DNA of 32,000 nt from Methanococcus maripaludis (GTDB taxonomy: Archaea; AGJL01; Methanococci; Methanococcales; Methanococcaceae): NCBI RefSeq assembly GCF_002945325.1, contig NZ_CP026606.1, positions 630,001-662,000 on the forward strand. The letters run 5' to 3'. The notes beneath the pieces are model-generated. The model was not told where the DNA came from and searched no databases. It saw nothing but the letters and a program-made list of their open reading frames with translations. Each line of letters starts with the position of its first letter. Positions within the stretch are counted from its first letter, which is position 1. This document shows positions 9,464 through 17,629 of the stretch, piece after piece. The translations under genes were made by a program, and so were the position numbers.

Positions 9464-9825
9464 GTTCGAGCAATTTCTTCGTAGTGTCTTTTCGTTTCCT
9501 CAATATGAAGCATTATCAAAGTATGATCCATATCAAAACTAACAACATTAGGTTTTAAATGATATCTGGCATCTAACTCAACCAATACCTTACCTGCTTC
9601 TTTTTCATCCTTAACAATCAATACGACAGTATCAAAATGTTTTGTTTTACTATGACAGCCCATTCCTGCAATTATTTGATCTGGTTTGTAACCTAACTCA
9701 TTAAGAGCAGCAGTTATTTCTTCCAATTCTTCTTCTGAATTGTAAATAATATCCAACATTTTTCTATCTTCGATACCCATCACTTTTTTAAAATCAACTG
9801 CAACAACTTCCATTTTAATCACCAT
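9460..9825 (-). CDS. Hypothetical protein (121 aa)
   Basis: Intact ORF, no family recognised. Confidence 0.6.
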   Translation of the reverse strand: MVIKMEVVAVDFKKVMGIEDRKMLDIIYNSEEELEEITAALNELGYKPDQIIAGMGCHSKTKHFDTVVLIVKDEKEAGKVLVELDARYHLKPNVVSFDMDHTLIMLHIEETKRHYEEIART

Positions 9826-10066
9826 TTAAACTTCAATTCTAAATCTATCGCTCATTATCATACAATTATGATAAATTACAGTTTTTTCTTCATTATTTGC
9901 GTGAATACAAAGCCATTTACCAGTTTTACTTACAACCGCAAGGACATTTTTGTTAATTTCGCCTTTTTCTTTCAATTGCTTGATAACTGATTGTAACTCT
10001 GCATTTTCTTTAGAAAAATTTCTTTTTCGAGTTTTTTTATTTTTAAAATGTTTTTTAGCCATTTTT
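9821..10066. repeat. Direct repeat, copy A (~245 bp)
   Basis: Same sequence as about 10667..10912 with a handful of substitutions (offset 846 bp). Confidence 0.85.
9826..10062 (-). CDS. 78-aa basic protein, copy A of a duplicated gene
   Basis: MAKKHFKNKKTRKRNFSKENAELQSVIKQL...; nearly identical to the ORF at 10672..10908. Confidence 0.65.
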   Translation of the reverse strand: MAKKHFKNKKTRKRNFSKENAELQSVIKQLKEKGEINKNVLAVVSKTGKWLCIHANNEEKTVIYHNCMIMSDRFRIEV

Positions 10067-10069
10067 CAC

Positions 10070-10225
10070 CTACATATATGGAATATGCGAATTTTTAGAA
10101 CGTGCATCATTAAAAATCCGATTTAAAACTTCAACAGGAACACCTTCTTTTATTAACTCAAACTGGAGTTTTTGTTGTTCATCGGTAATTCTCTTGTATT
10201 CTTCAAGTTTTTCGCTCGATTCCAT
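10070..10225 (-). CDS. 51-aa small ORF, not in the track
   Basis: Manual translation: MESSEKLEEYKRITDEQQKLQFELIKEGVPVEVLNRIFNDARSKNSHIPYM, preceded by a GGAGGG-type RBS (plus strand ttccctcctt). Confidence 0.5.
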   Translation of the reverse strand: MESSEKLEEYKRITDEQQKLQFELIKEGVPVEVLNRIFNDARSKNSHIPYM

Positions 10226-10249
10226 TGAATTTCCCTCCTTAACTTTCGT

Positions 10250-10474
10250 CTAAACCGATTTTTCTTCTGCATTTTTCACCAGCTCAGCTTCTTTAATTAT
10301 TTCTTCTGCCCAATCAGGAAATCTTTCTTTATATGTTTCAGCGGTGTCTTTCTGTTCCTGATAACTTTCAGCACCACTCATGGAGCCATCTTCAAGGGCT
10401 AACATCCAACCGCCCCAAAGTCGATTTTCATCCATAACTTTCAAGAATTCTTCTCTAGTTCTAATTTCAGGCAT
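10250..10474 (-). CDS. Hypothetical protein (74 aa)
   Basis: Intact small ORF in the operon. Confidence 0.5.
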   Translation of the reverse strand: MPEIRTREEFLKVMDENRLWGGWMLALEDGSMSGAESYQEQKDTAETYKERFPDWAEEIIKEAELVKNAEEKSV

Positions 10475-10486
10475 TTCACCACCATT

Positions 10487-10660
10487 TTAAACGCTCTTTA
10501 TTTCCTCAAAAAGTTCTTTTGAAATCTCAATGAGTTTCACACCTTTTTCCCTAAATTCTTCAACCGTAACATTGAATAGTAAGGGCGGTAAACTGGACTC
10601 GTGAAGACAGAATATTTCAATTTCACCATCATAACGTTTTAATCCTAAATAATATCGCAT
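10487..10660 (-). CDS. 57-aa small ORF, not in the track
   Basis: Manual translation: MRYYLGLKRYDGEIEIFCLHESSLPPLLFNVTVEEFREKGVKLIEISKE.FEEIKSV; GGTGAAATG context. Confidence 0.45.
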   Translation of the reverse strand: MRYYLGLKRYDGEIEIFCLHESSLPPLLFNVTVEEFREKGVKLIEISKELFEEIKSV

Positions 10661-10666
10661 TTCACC

Positions 10667-10912
10667 ACCATTTAAACTTCAATTCTAAATCTATCGCCCA
10701 TTATCATACAATTATGATAAATTACGGTTTTTTCTTCATTATTGGCATGAATACAAAGCCATTTACCAGTAGAACTCACAACAGCAAGGACATTTTTGTT
10801 AATTTCGCCTTTTTCTTTCAATTGCTTGATAACTGATTGTAACTCTGCATTTTCTTTAGAAAAATTTCTTTTTCGAGTTTTTTTATTTTTGAAATGTTTT
10901 TTAGCCATTTTT
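10667..10912. repeat. Direct repeat, copy B (~245 bp)
   Basis: See copy A. Confidence 0.85.
10672..10908 (-). CDS. 78-aa basic protein, copy B of the duplicated gene
   Basis: Near-identical to 9826..10062; the longer start in the track (10917) falls outside the similarity. Confidence 0.65.
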   Translation of the reverse strand: MAKKHFKNKKTRKRNFSKENAELQSVIKQLKEKGEINKNVLAVVSSTGKWLCIHANNEEKTVIYHNCMIMGDRFRIEV

Positions 10913-12277
10913 CGCATCCCCTAACGATTTAAAACCGATAACTTCAAACTGTTCATTTCCAATTGAAAATCTTGAATAGTCGTCAATTTTTCCACATTTT
11001 TCACAGATGTGCCGGTATTGGTGAGAATCGTAACGCATTAAAGAACCACATTCACAGCGGTAAACACCTTGATAAAATAATCTCATTCCCTGTACCGTAT
11101 CATTCCAACGGTAAACGCCTCTTTTTCCGCCCAATTCTTTTTCAAGTGGTTCAATCAAATTATTAGCCATTAATCGCTCTCGAAGTCCTTTTGTGTGGAA
11201 ATCAAAAGTTAATGAATAAGCTTTTCCAAAAAGTATAGTTTTCGCAAGGTCAAGGGAAACGTGCCACCATTCAGCACATGTTTGAACAACACTTTCCCCT
11301 TTCAACTGCAACGGCTTTAAATTCTCAAAATTGTACCCAAAATGTTTATATGACTGGTGAACTCCGTGTATTATAGAATGGTAAAGATGTTCAGGGTCTC
11401 CAACAAGCCACTTTCTAGAAATATCTCCATTCCACGTAAACTCGTGCCTGTTGATTCCTGCCCCTTTTTGGTATCTTTTCCACTGTATCGGGTTTCTTGC
11501 ACTTGGTGTAGTATAATATTCAGTTTGAGTTAAATCTCCGTACACTTTGAGGTGGTTCGTCTTTCGTTCATCCGTAATAAACTGGAATTGTAAAGATTCG
11601 CAATTTAACCATTCAATATCAATTTCAGCACTTTGAACGGAAACATCCACGAGACTGTAAAGGTCTTCCATTTTACCGAGTTTTCTTGCAAGCTCTAAAA
11701 CATCGAGTCCAAAAGCATTTTTCAGGTAATGAATATATTCGAACTTGAATTCTTCGATTCTTTCGCAGAACAACCTACAATACTCTTTTAAGAGAGTTCC
11801 TTTGTCGTCTTCTTCAACCCATATCGGAAGAACATTATCATCCCGAAATGAATCTTCATAAGGATCGATGCCTTTTTTTAAGAGGTAAACACGGTTCATG
11901 TTAAAATAACCCCTTGCAATATGGGGGCTTTTCATGGATATTGCGATTGATGCAACCTCTTTTCCGTCCAAGTCTTCTTCTACTGGTTTTCCGCTTCTCA
12001 TTTCAGTTGGAACTTGAAAATGAAATGTCGCAGTCTTTTTAGTTCCGCTTTTTTCCACCATTCTTTTAACAAACTGGGGAAATCTGTGGTTTAAATCTTC
12101 ATAAATGTCTTTTCTAAAGTGGTTTCCAAGAATCGACCAGAGAAAAGGAATTTGTAAAGTTATGTAAACTCGATCAATCAGGATTCTTCTTTTCGGGTTT
12201 TCAACGTACTTATCGGAAAGAGGACAGAACGTTTCATACATATTCTCCACCGAAAACAGCTTCGATAGTTTTATCAT
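10901..12277 (-). CDS. Putative replication-associated protein with C-terminal zinc ribbon
   Basis: 458 aa; C-terminus has CECGSLMRY...HICEKCG (CxC...CxxC); largest gene of the regulator-proximal early operon. Confidence 0.4.
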   Translation of the reverse strand: MIKLSKLFSVENMYETFCPLSDKYVENPKRRILIDRVYITLQIPFLWSILGNHFRKDIYEDLNHRFPQFVKRMVEKSGTKKTATFHFQVPTEMRSGKPVEEDLDGKEVASIAISMKSPHIARGYFNMNRVYLLKKGIDPYEDSFRDDNVLPIWVEEDDKGTLLKEYCRLFCERIEEFKFEYIHYLKNAFGLDVLELARKLGKMEDLYSLVDVSVQSAEIDIEWLNCESLQFQFITDERKTNHLKVYGDLTQTEYYTTPSARNPIQWKRYQKGAGINRHEFTWNGDISRKWLVGDPEHLYHSIIHGVHQSYKHFGYNFENLKPLQLKGESVVQTCAEWWHVSLDLAKTILFGKAYSLTFDFHTKGLRERLMANNLIEPLEKELGGKRGVYRWNDTVQGMRLFYQGVYRCECGSLMRYDSHQYRHICEKCGKIDDYSRFSIGNEQFEVIGFKSLGDAKNG

Positions 12278-12650
12278 CGAGTTCTAAATCCCTTCCATAC
12301 ATTTGAACAGTTGAAAATCCTGCTCCAGTAGATTTTACTTTGATAAGTTCGTCAATTGCGTTTCTTCTAGCACCTTCAAGAATCGAATTTCTAAAGTTTT
12401 TGTTAGTTTCAAACCCTTTTACTGCATTTTTAAAATCCATATGGGTTAAAAAAACTTCTTTTGAGTTTTCTCTTGAAGGACAGTTCGCATAACTTTGAAT
12501 ATGAACATATCCTGTTCTTTTGGGGTCAAAAGAATGAATTACTCTTGCATCGTCTTCCTTCACTGAAATGTGGGGGTAAGATGTGATGATTGAATAACCT
12601 AAATTTATTCCTTCAGGAGTTGGTAAATTATTCAAGTCCATTACAGACAT
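12234..12650 (-). CDS. Hypothetical early protein (138 aa)
   Basis: Intact ORF overlapping the putative replication gene. Confidence 0.55.
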   Translation of the reverse strand: MSVMDLNNLPTPEGINLGYSIITSYPHISVKEDDARVIHSFDPKRTGYVHIQSYANCPSRENSKEVFLTHMDFKNAVKGFETNKNFRNSILEGARRNAIDELIKVKSTGAGFSTVQMYGRDLELDDKTIEAVFGGEYV

Positions 12651-12653
12651 GAT

Positions 12654-13100
12654 TTAAGCCTCCTGAGATTTTTCATTGACAATGGCGTATGCTTTTTCGA
12701 TAACTTCTTCTGAAAGTCCTAAATCTTTTACATAGCCTTTTACAGTGTTTTCAGAACTTCCTTTTCGAATCATGCTTACGATTTCCCAAACTTTACCGTT
12801 TGCAACACATTTATCAAACATACTTCCGAATCCTTCTTCATTCGAATTTTTAGCATTGATTAATTCGTTTAATAATCCAATTGGCAGATTTACAATGTAT
12901 TTTACCTCTCCAGTCTGTTTGTCTTTGAAGTCTTTTACCTGGTCGAGGAATAGTGTTACTTTTCCTTCCTTGTCTTCGTCGTAAACGTAATTGTTACCTT
13001 CTTTTTTCTGACCTTTTTCAACGGTTAACTGGACGTTTCCTTTGAAAATTTTTCCGTAAAATGTAGCTTTATCTTCTGTGATTTTAGCCATTTTTATCAA
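12654..13100 (-). CDS. Hypothetical early protein (148 aa), possibly nucleic-acid binding
   Basis: Intact ORF; beta-rich N-terminus (TFYGKIFKGNVQLTVEKG..., EGKVTLFLDQVKDF) could be OB-fold-like; speculative. Confidence 0.5.
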   Translation of the reverse strand: MIKMAKITEDKATFYGKIFKGNVQLTVEKGQKKEGNNYVYDEDKEGKVTLFLDQVKDFKDKQTGEVKYIVNLPIGLLNELINAKNSNEEGFGSMFDKCVANGKVWEIVSMIRKGSSENTVKGYVKDLGLSEEVIEKAYAIVNEKSQEA

Positions 13101-13359
13101 CCTTTTTTACTTTGTAGTCTCCGTTTTCGAAGTAGACTTGAATTTTATCCCCTTCTTTGAGACTGTTTGATTTTGTTTTTAGTTCGTAGACTCTTTCTGA
13201 GAAATCATCTTTTACATAGAACTGATTTTTTAAAATGTAATTGTTCGATATTTTGTTAAATTTTGAATCGTAAATTGTTACATTGCAGTTTTCTTGCTGC
13301 CGTCTCATGACTACAGTATATTCTTTTATTTTCGAGGTCTTTGGAAGCTCAGGATACAT
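13084..13359 (-). CDS. Hypothetical early protein (91 aa)
   Basis: Intact ORF in the operon. Confidence 0.5.
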   Translation of the reverse strand: MYPELPKTSKIKEYTVVMRRQQENCNVTIYDSKFNKISNNYILKNQFYVKDDFSERVYELKTKSNSLKEGDKIQVYFENGDYKVKKVDKNG

Positions 13360-13485
13360 TTAATCATCCTTGTTTTCACCTTGAATTTTGATTATAACCT
13401 TCTTACCTATCCAGCTCTTAGGTACTGTTACGTGTCCGGTGTTTCCGGAGGGTTTTACCTGTTTTATGATTGTTTTTTCTTTCAT
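13360..13485 (-). CDS. DUF2080-like / AbrB-like small protein
   Basis: MKEKTIIKQVKPSGNTGHVTVPKSWIGKKVIIKI matches the short transposon/plasmid-encoded archaeal SxNTGHVxVPKxWxGKxV pattern; GAGGCG RBS upstream of the ATG at 13485. Confidence 0.65.
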   Translation of the reverse strand: MKEKTIIKQVKPSGNTGHVTVPKSWIGKKVIIKIQGENKDD

Positions 13486-13529
13486 TATCGCCTCTTTTTT
13501 ATTTGAAAATTTTATGAGGGAGGGTATTT

Positions 13530-13569
13530 TTGTTACCAAATAATTAACCGTTTCCAGTATTGGTAACAA
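13530..13569. promoter_or_regulatory. Inverted-repeat operator candidate between divergent early genes
   Basis: TTGTTACCAA (13530-13539) and TTGGTAACAA (13560-13569): perfect 10+10 bp inverted repeat with a 20-bp spacer. Confidence 0.6.
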
Positions 13570-13705
13570 TAATAACTGTGGATATCCATCTATATAAATG
13601 TTTCCAAAAATAGTAACGGGCAGTATATTGATAATATTATAATTTATTCAAATGGGAACATAAAATACAACATTGAATAATTATGGAACTTAAAAAGGGG
13701 AAAAA

Positions 13706-14071
13706 ATGTTCCTGAAAATTTTATCCAAATCCAATGCAAAAGAAATTTTAATGCTTTTGAACGAATATGGCGAGTTATATTTCGGGCAAATTCATAAAGA
13801 ATTAGATAAACCAAAAAGTAATTTAAGCAGAGTTATATCTGAATTACAGGAAGAAGGTCTTGTAAACAAAAGAACCGAAGAAACAGACGAAGACGGAAGA
13901 ATACCTAAGAATTATTATAGTTTAACCAATCTCGGTAAGATTGCTATTGAAATATATCAAAAAGAAGACAAAATGTTAAAAGAAAAAGAGTCTGGAAACG
14001 TAAATATCAATGTTGAAAATAATCATGGAATTATCGCAAACAATATTCAAAATTTGAACGTAAAAAAGTAA
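13706..14071 (+). CDS. Winged-helix (MarR/ArsR-like) transcriptional regulator
   Basis: ILMLLNEYGELYFGQIHKELDKPKSNLSRVISELQEEGLVNKRTEETDEDGRIPKNYYSLTNLGKIAIEI is a classic wHTH pattern; divergent to the early operon. Confidence 0.75.
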   Translation: MFLKILSKSNAKEILMLLNEYGELYFGQIHKELDKPKSNLSRVISELQEEGLVNKRTEETDEDGRIPKNYYSLTNLGKIAIEIYQKEDKMLKEKESGNVNINVENNHGIIANNIQNLNVKK

Positions 14072-14186
14072 TAAGGGTTACTATTAATTATAGATTTTAT
14101 TTTTGAGAGTTTAAAGGGTTATTCAATAATTATATTTAAGTTATTTATGTTTATTGATTGAGGGAAATTTTATTAAAGGTGGGGAA

Positions 14187-15512
14187 ATGGGAAAACTTCC
14201 AGATAATGAAATGTCTAAAATTATTAACAAAATTTTAGATTTAACTTATATTGATGAAAATAAGCTCAAAATTAGAAAAAATAAAAGCCTTTTTGAATTT
14301 GAAACTTATTTATCATTATTAAATTGTGAATTACTCAAAGATGAAAATATTTCTAAAAAAATAACGGATTTAAAATACTGTACGATGATTTCAAGTGATA
14401 TTAACAATTTTGAACTTATTCTTGATGTTTTAACTGAACTAAAAACTAAAAACTTGAATAATTATAATGAATTCAAAAATATTCTTGATTTAAAAATTAA
14501 ATCGTTAAAAAGTGAGTTTAAGCAGCATACCCTGTATGAAATGTACATTCCACTAAATTTAAAAACTGAATTCACCATTGAAAAAATAAAATGTAGAAAT
14601 TTTTGTGCAGAAATTGTGAAACATAGAACGATAAAAGGAATTATAAATCAGCCAAAATTAAACGAAAGTATCAAAAAAGCCCATGAAATAGACTCACAAT
14701 GTGAAATAAATGTGAATTTCGAAGAAAGTGAATTTTTAAAAATAACTGTTAATAGTCAAACAGATGCCCATGCATGCCTAACTGCACGTAAAATTCAAAA
14801 TTTATTCATTGGCATGGTTGCATATGTTATTACCAAAAATTCAAGCTACAGAACACTTAAAGGCCCAACCGAAGCCATATTCCCAATATATCCGCAAATA
14901 ATGATAGAAACAATAGGTACCCAATTTGTTACTGTATTTGTGGGAGACATAACCCGTAAAAGAATACCAAAAGACTGTATTATACCTATTGAAAAGTTTT
15001 ATGAAACAGAATTAAATTATTTAATCCAATTCTATAATTCAAAACATCCTGATATTCAAAAAAAACTAGAAGAAATATTTACAAACTATGCTTGCGGGGT
15101 TTATCAAGATAAAAAGACGGATTCATTTTTTAATTTATGGGTGGCATTGGAACGAGCAACAATGGTGTCCGATATAGGAAAACATGACATGATCCCTAAA
15201 ATTTCAAAAGCATTATTTAATGAAAGAAATCCATTATATGCCCACGTTATTGAAAATCTGTATAATGTTAGAAACAATTTTATTCATGAAGGCGGATCTA
15301 TTTCCCAATACGATAGAAATGCATTAAAATACTGTGTTGATAATCTGATTGAATTTTTAATAAATGAGTTAAATTCGTATTCCCTTAACGAAATAAGAAC
15401 AATTTATGAATATTTAACCAAAAATGGTGATAATTTAGAAAACATTCAAAAGACCATTGAACATGTCATAGAATTAAAGAATAATTGGAAAGGGGAAATT
15501 TCAGAAAAATAA
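14187..15512 (+). CDS. Apea/HEPN-like domain protein, candidate RNase/defence effector
   Basis: C-terminal helical region NLWVALERATM...IENLYNVRNNFIHEGGSIS, with an RNNFIH (Rx4H) motif. Start chosen at MGKLPDNE, preceded by GGTGGGG. Confidence 0.55.
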   Translation: MGKLPDNEMSKIINKILDLTYIDENKLKIRKNKSLFEFETYLSLLNCELLKDENISKKITDLKYCTMISSDINNFELILDVLTELKTKNLNNYNEFKNILDLKIKSLKSEFKQHTLYEMYIPLNLKTEFTIEKIKCRNFCAEIVKHRTIKGIINQPKLNESIKKAHEIDSQCEINVNFEESEFLKITVNSQTDAHACLTARKIQNLFIGMVAYVITKNSSYRTLKGPTEAIFPIYPQIMIETIGTQFVTVFVGDITRKRIPKDCIIPIEKFYETELNYLIQFYNSKHPDIQKKLEEIFTNYACGVYQDKKTDSFFNLWVALERATMVSDIGKHDMIPKISKALFNERNPLYAHVIENLYNVRNNFIHEGGSISQYDRNALKYCVDNLIEFLINELNSYSLNEIRTIYEYLTKNGDNLENIQKTIEHVIELKNNWKGEISEK

Positions 15513-15552
15513 CCCCATTTTTAAATTTTAATAACCATTCCCATTAAATTTT

Positions 15553-15586
15553 AAATTACTCTTTTTAAATTGATTGAAAAAAGAAA
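15553..15586. repeat. 34-bp dispersed repeat, copy 1, between convergent genes
   Basis: aaattactctttttaaattgattgaaaaaagaaa; 33/34 identical to 17630-17663; T-rich on both strands (bidirectional terminator-like). Confidence 0.75.
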
Positions 15587-15606
15587 AGAGAATATAATTT
15601 TAAAAA

Positions 15607-15888
15607 TTATAATCCTAACGCTGATCTAGGCAACACTCGGAGCTTATTAGTTTCACTTTTAACAGAATTTACTACATTTTTTTCAAGAATGTCTGTTAAT
15701 GTTTTAAGTTCTTTTTCTGACAACGTGCATATATCTGACTGGCTATTTTCTGAAAGATAAAACTTGACATTACACTTATTTTCATTATTTAATTTACCAA
15801 TAAGAACTTTTGAAACTTTTTCCAATTCAATATATTTAGTATCATGTTCATTTTCAATTTTAAATAATTTCATTTTTTTCACCGTCAT
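15607..15888 (-). CDS. Hypothetical protein (93 aa)
   Basis: Intact ORF; ATG directly abuts the stop of the 33-aa ORF. Confidence 0.5.
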   Translation of the reverse strand: MTVKKMKLFKIENEHDTKYIELEKVSKVLIGKLNNENKCNVKFYLSENSQSDICTLSEKELKTLTDILEKNVVNSVKSETNKLRVLPRSALGL

Positions 15889-15990
15889 TTACTTCTTTTT
15901 ATTATATTTCACGATAGTTTCTTTGTTTGTTCGTGTAACCGTTCCAATCTTTTTATTTTTTCTAATTATCAGAGTCGTTTTTTTCGTCAT
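15889..15990 (-). CDS. 33-aa mini ORF, not in the track
   Basis: Manual translation: MTKKTTLIIRKNKKIGTVTRTNKETIVKYNKKK*; TAAATG junction with the 93-aa ORF; GGAGGT-type RBS (plus strand acctcctt) upstream. Confidence 0.45.
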   Translation of the reverse strand: MTKKTTLIIRKNKKIGTVTRTNKETIVKYNKKK

Positions 15991-16618
15991 TAAATAACCT
16001 CCTTTATTTTAAGTATAAGCTTCGCTAACTTGTTAAACAACAAAATTAGGCGTAATTAGTCCCCAATATAATGAAAACTAATGAGTAATGTATAAATACA
16101 AATTTTCAAAAAGAGATATACGGGATCGATCAAAATCCGCATATCAGAATATGTCTTTTTACAATGGCATCACCTCTGATGTAAATACCTTTTTTAGATA
16201 ATTTTATAGGTATTTGATTTTCTGATAAGATAAATATTATGTTAATAATTTATATACTTGTCTTTAGTGCCCTATATATACTAAACTAAACAAGACGATA
16301 GAGCTTTTTTCAATAACTGCTAAATTGCATATGAATAATGCTTTTTGCAGTAATCTACTTTTAACCCCAATCTAATTAAAAAAAGAGTTATTTAAATATT
16401 ATCGTAAAATGTAAAGTAGATTAAAAATTCAAAAAATAGCCTTCTTTTTTAATTTAAAGCATATTACCCTCATTAAATTCAATTAAAATAATTATTCTTC
16501 GATAAAATATTAAACTTGCCATTCTGGTTTTAACATTAAATTTACAACATAATTATAAAATTATATATACGATTTTTAATAAATGGATATCCATTTGATT
16601 TAAAAAAGAGGGGAGTAT

Positions 16619-17167
16619 ATGTTAGGAATTATCAAATCAGCAGTTTCAAAACTTATGGATGCATTTACTAAAAAATCAAGATCTGAAAAAATCGATGAAA
16701 TTAGAGAAGAAATTAAAAAAGATCCAACATCATTTGAAAAGGGAACAGCTTTTGAATTATGTTGTTTGGACATATTTTCAGAAAAGGACTTTGACTTACT
16801 TGAAATGACACATAATCCGGATTCTGCAAATGGCAGATTTGTTAAAAGTGATTTAAACCCGGATTTACAGTTTAAAAATAAAAAAACAGATAGTGTTTTT
16901 AGTGTTGAATGCAAATACAGAAGCAGTTTATATAAAGGGGCTTTTAGCTGGGCTAAAAATAAAGCTCAAGCTGACAGATACAGAGAATATGAAAAAGAAA
17001 ATGAAATTTCCGTATTTGTTGCAATGGGGTTAGGTGGAACTCCTGAAAAACCAGAACAAATTTTCTTAATGCCTTTAAAAGAAATAAAATATAATTCACT
17101 CTACCCTAGTGTTTTAAACGATTATGAAATAAAAGAAGCTAAAGATGTATTTAAAATATTAAACTAA
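16619..17167 (+). CDS. PD-(D/E)XK-like nuclease superfamily protein
   Basis: GTAFELCCLDIF ... SDLNPDLQFK ... FSVECKYRS gives the E...D...ExK pattern; RBS GAGGGG before the ATG. Confidence 0.6.
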   Translation: MLGIIKSAVSKLMDAFTKKSRSEKIDEIREEIKKDPTSFEKGTAFELCCLDIFSEKDFDLLEMTHNPDSANGRFVKSDLNPDLQFKNKKTDSVFSVECKYRSSLYKGAFSWAKNKAQADRYREYEKENEISVFVAMGLGGTPEKPEQIFLMPLKEIKYNSLYPSVLNDYEIKEAKDVFKILN

Positions 17168-17217
17168 TCCAAATAATTAATTATTTTTTTAATTTTTACA
17201 GTTATCTGGTGGATAAA

Positions 17218-17619
17218 ATGGACGGCCCACATAAAATGCTCATTTGTATAGTTGTAATTCTCTCAGCATTCAGTCCTTTTATAGAAGATGCAATTTACAA
17301 CTATTCTCATGACGTTAATATAGAAGAAATCAGGTTTTCATACCATCCAAATAGTGAATATTTTAATGGAACAAGCGGTGAAATGGATGAAAACGGAACT
17401 TTAAGGTTAATTGTTACACCTACCGATAAATTTAGAAATTTAACGTATGATGAACAGGTTAAATGGATGAATCGGGCAGGAAATGCATTAAGAGACGATG
17501 CAATTTTAAAAAATACAATTGAAAAGGATACTCCAGTATTTGTAACATTTGAAAGCGAGTGCTATCAAGACGGAAAAGACTGTAAAATAGATTATTTTGG
17601 AAATTGGAGTTTTGAATAA
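17218..17619 (+). CDS. Small N-terminally membrane-anchored/exported protein
   Basis: MDGPHKMLICIVVILSAFSPFIEDAIYNY...; hydrophobic N-terminus, GGTGG RBS, same strand and close behind the nuclease-like gene. Confidence 0.55.
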   Translation: MDGPHKMLICIVVILSAFSPFIEDAIYNYSHDVNIEEIRFSYHPNSEYFNGTSGEMDENGTLRLIVTPTDKFRNLTYDEQVKWMNRAGNALRDDAILKNTIEKDTPVFVTFESECYQDGKDCKIDYFGNWSFE

Positions 17620-17629
17620 ATTTTGATTT

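Noticed and set aside
10901-12277. Assignment as an HUH rolling-circle Rep
   Set aside because: Histidine-containing stretches exist, but I cannot point to a proper HUH motif plus correctly spaced catalytic Tyr, so only a generic replication-associated call is made.
15764-15997. Plus-strand 77-aa ORF MTLHLFSLFNLPIRTF...
   Set aside because: Antisense to the 33+93 aa minus-strand pair, which has RBS and sensible composition; the plus frame is Phe/Leu-rich shadow sequence.
16257-16301. Imperfect inverted repeat cttgtctttagt...actaaactaaacaag
   Set aside because: Pairing is short and interrupted in very AT-rich DNA; expected by chance.
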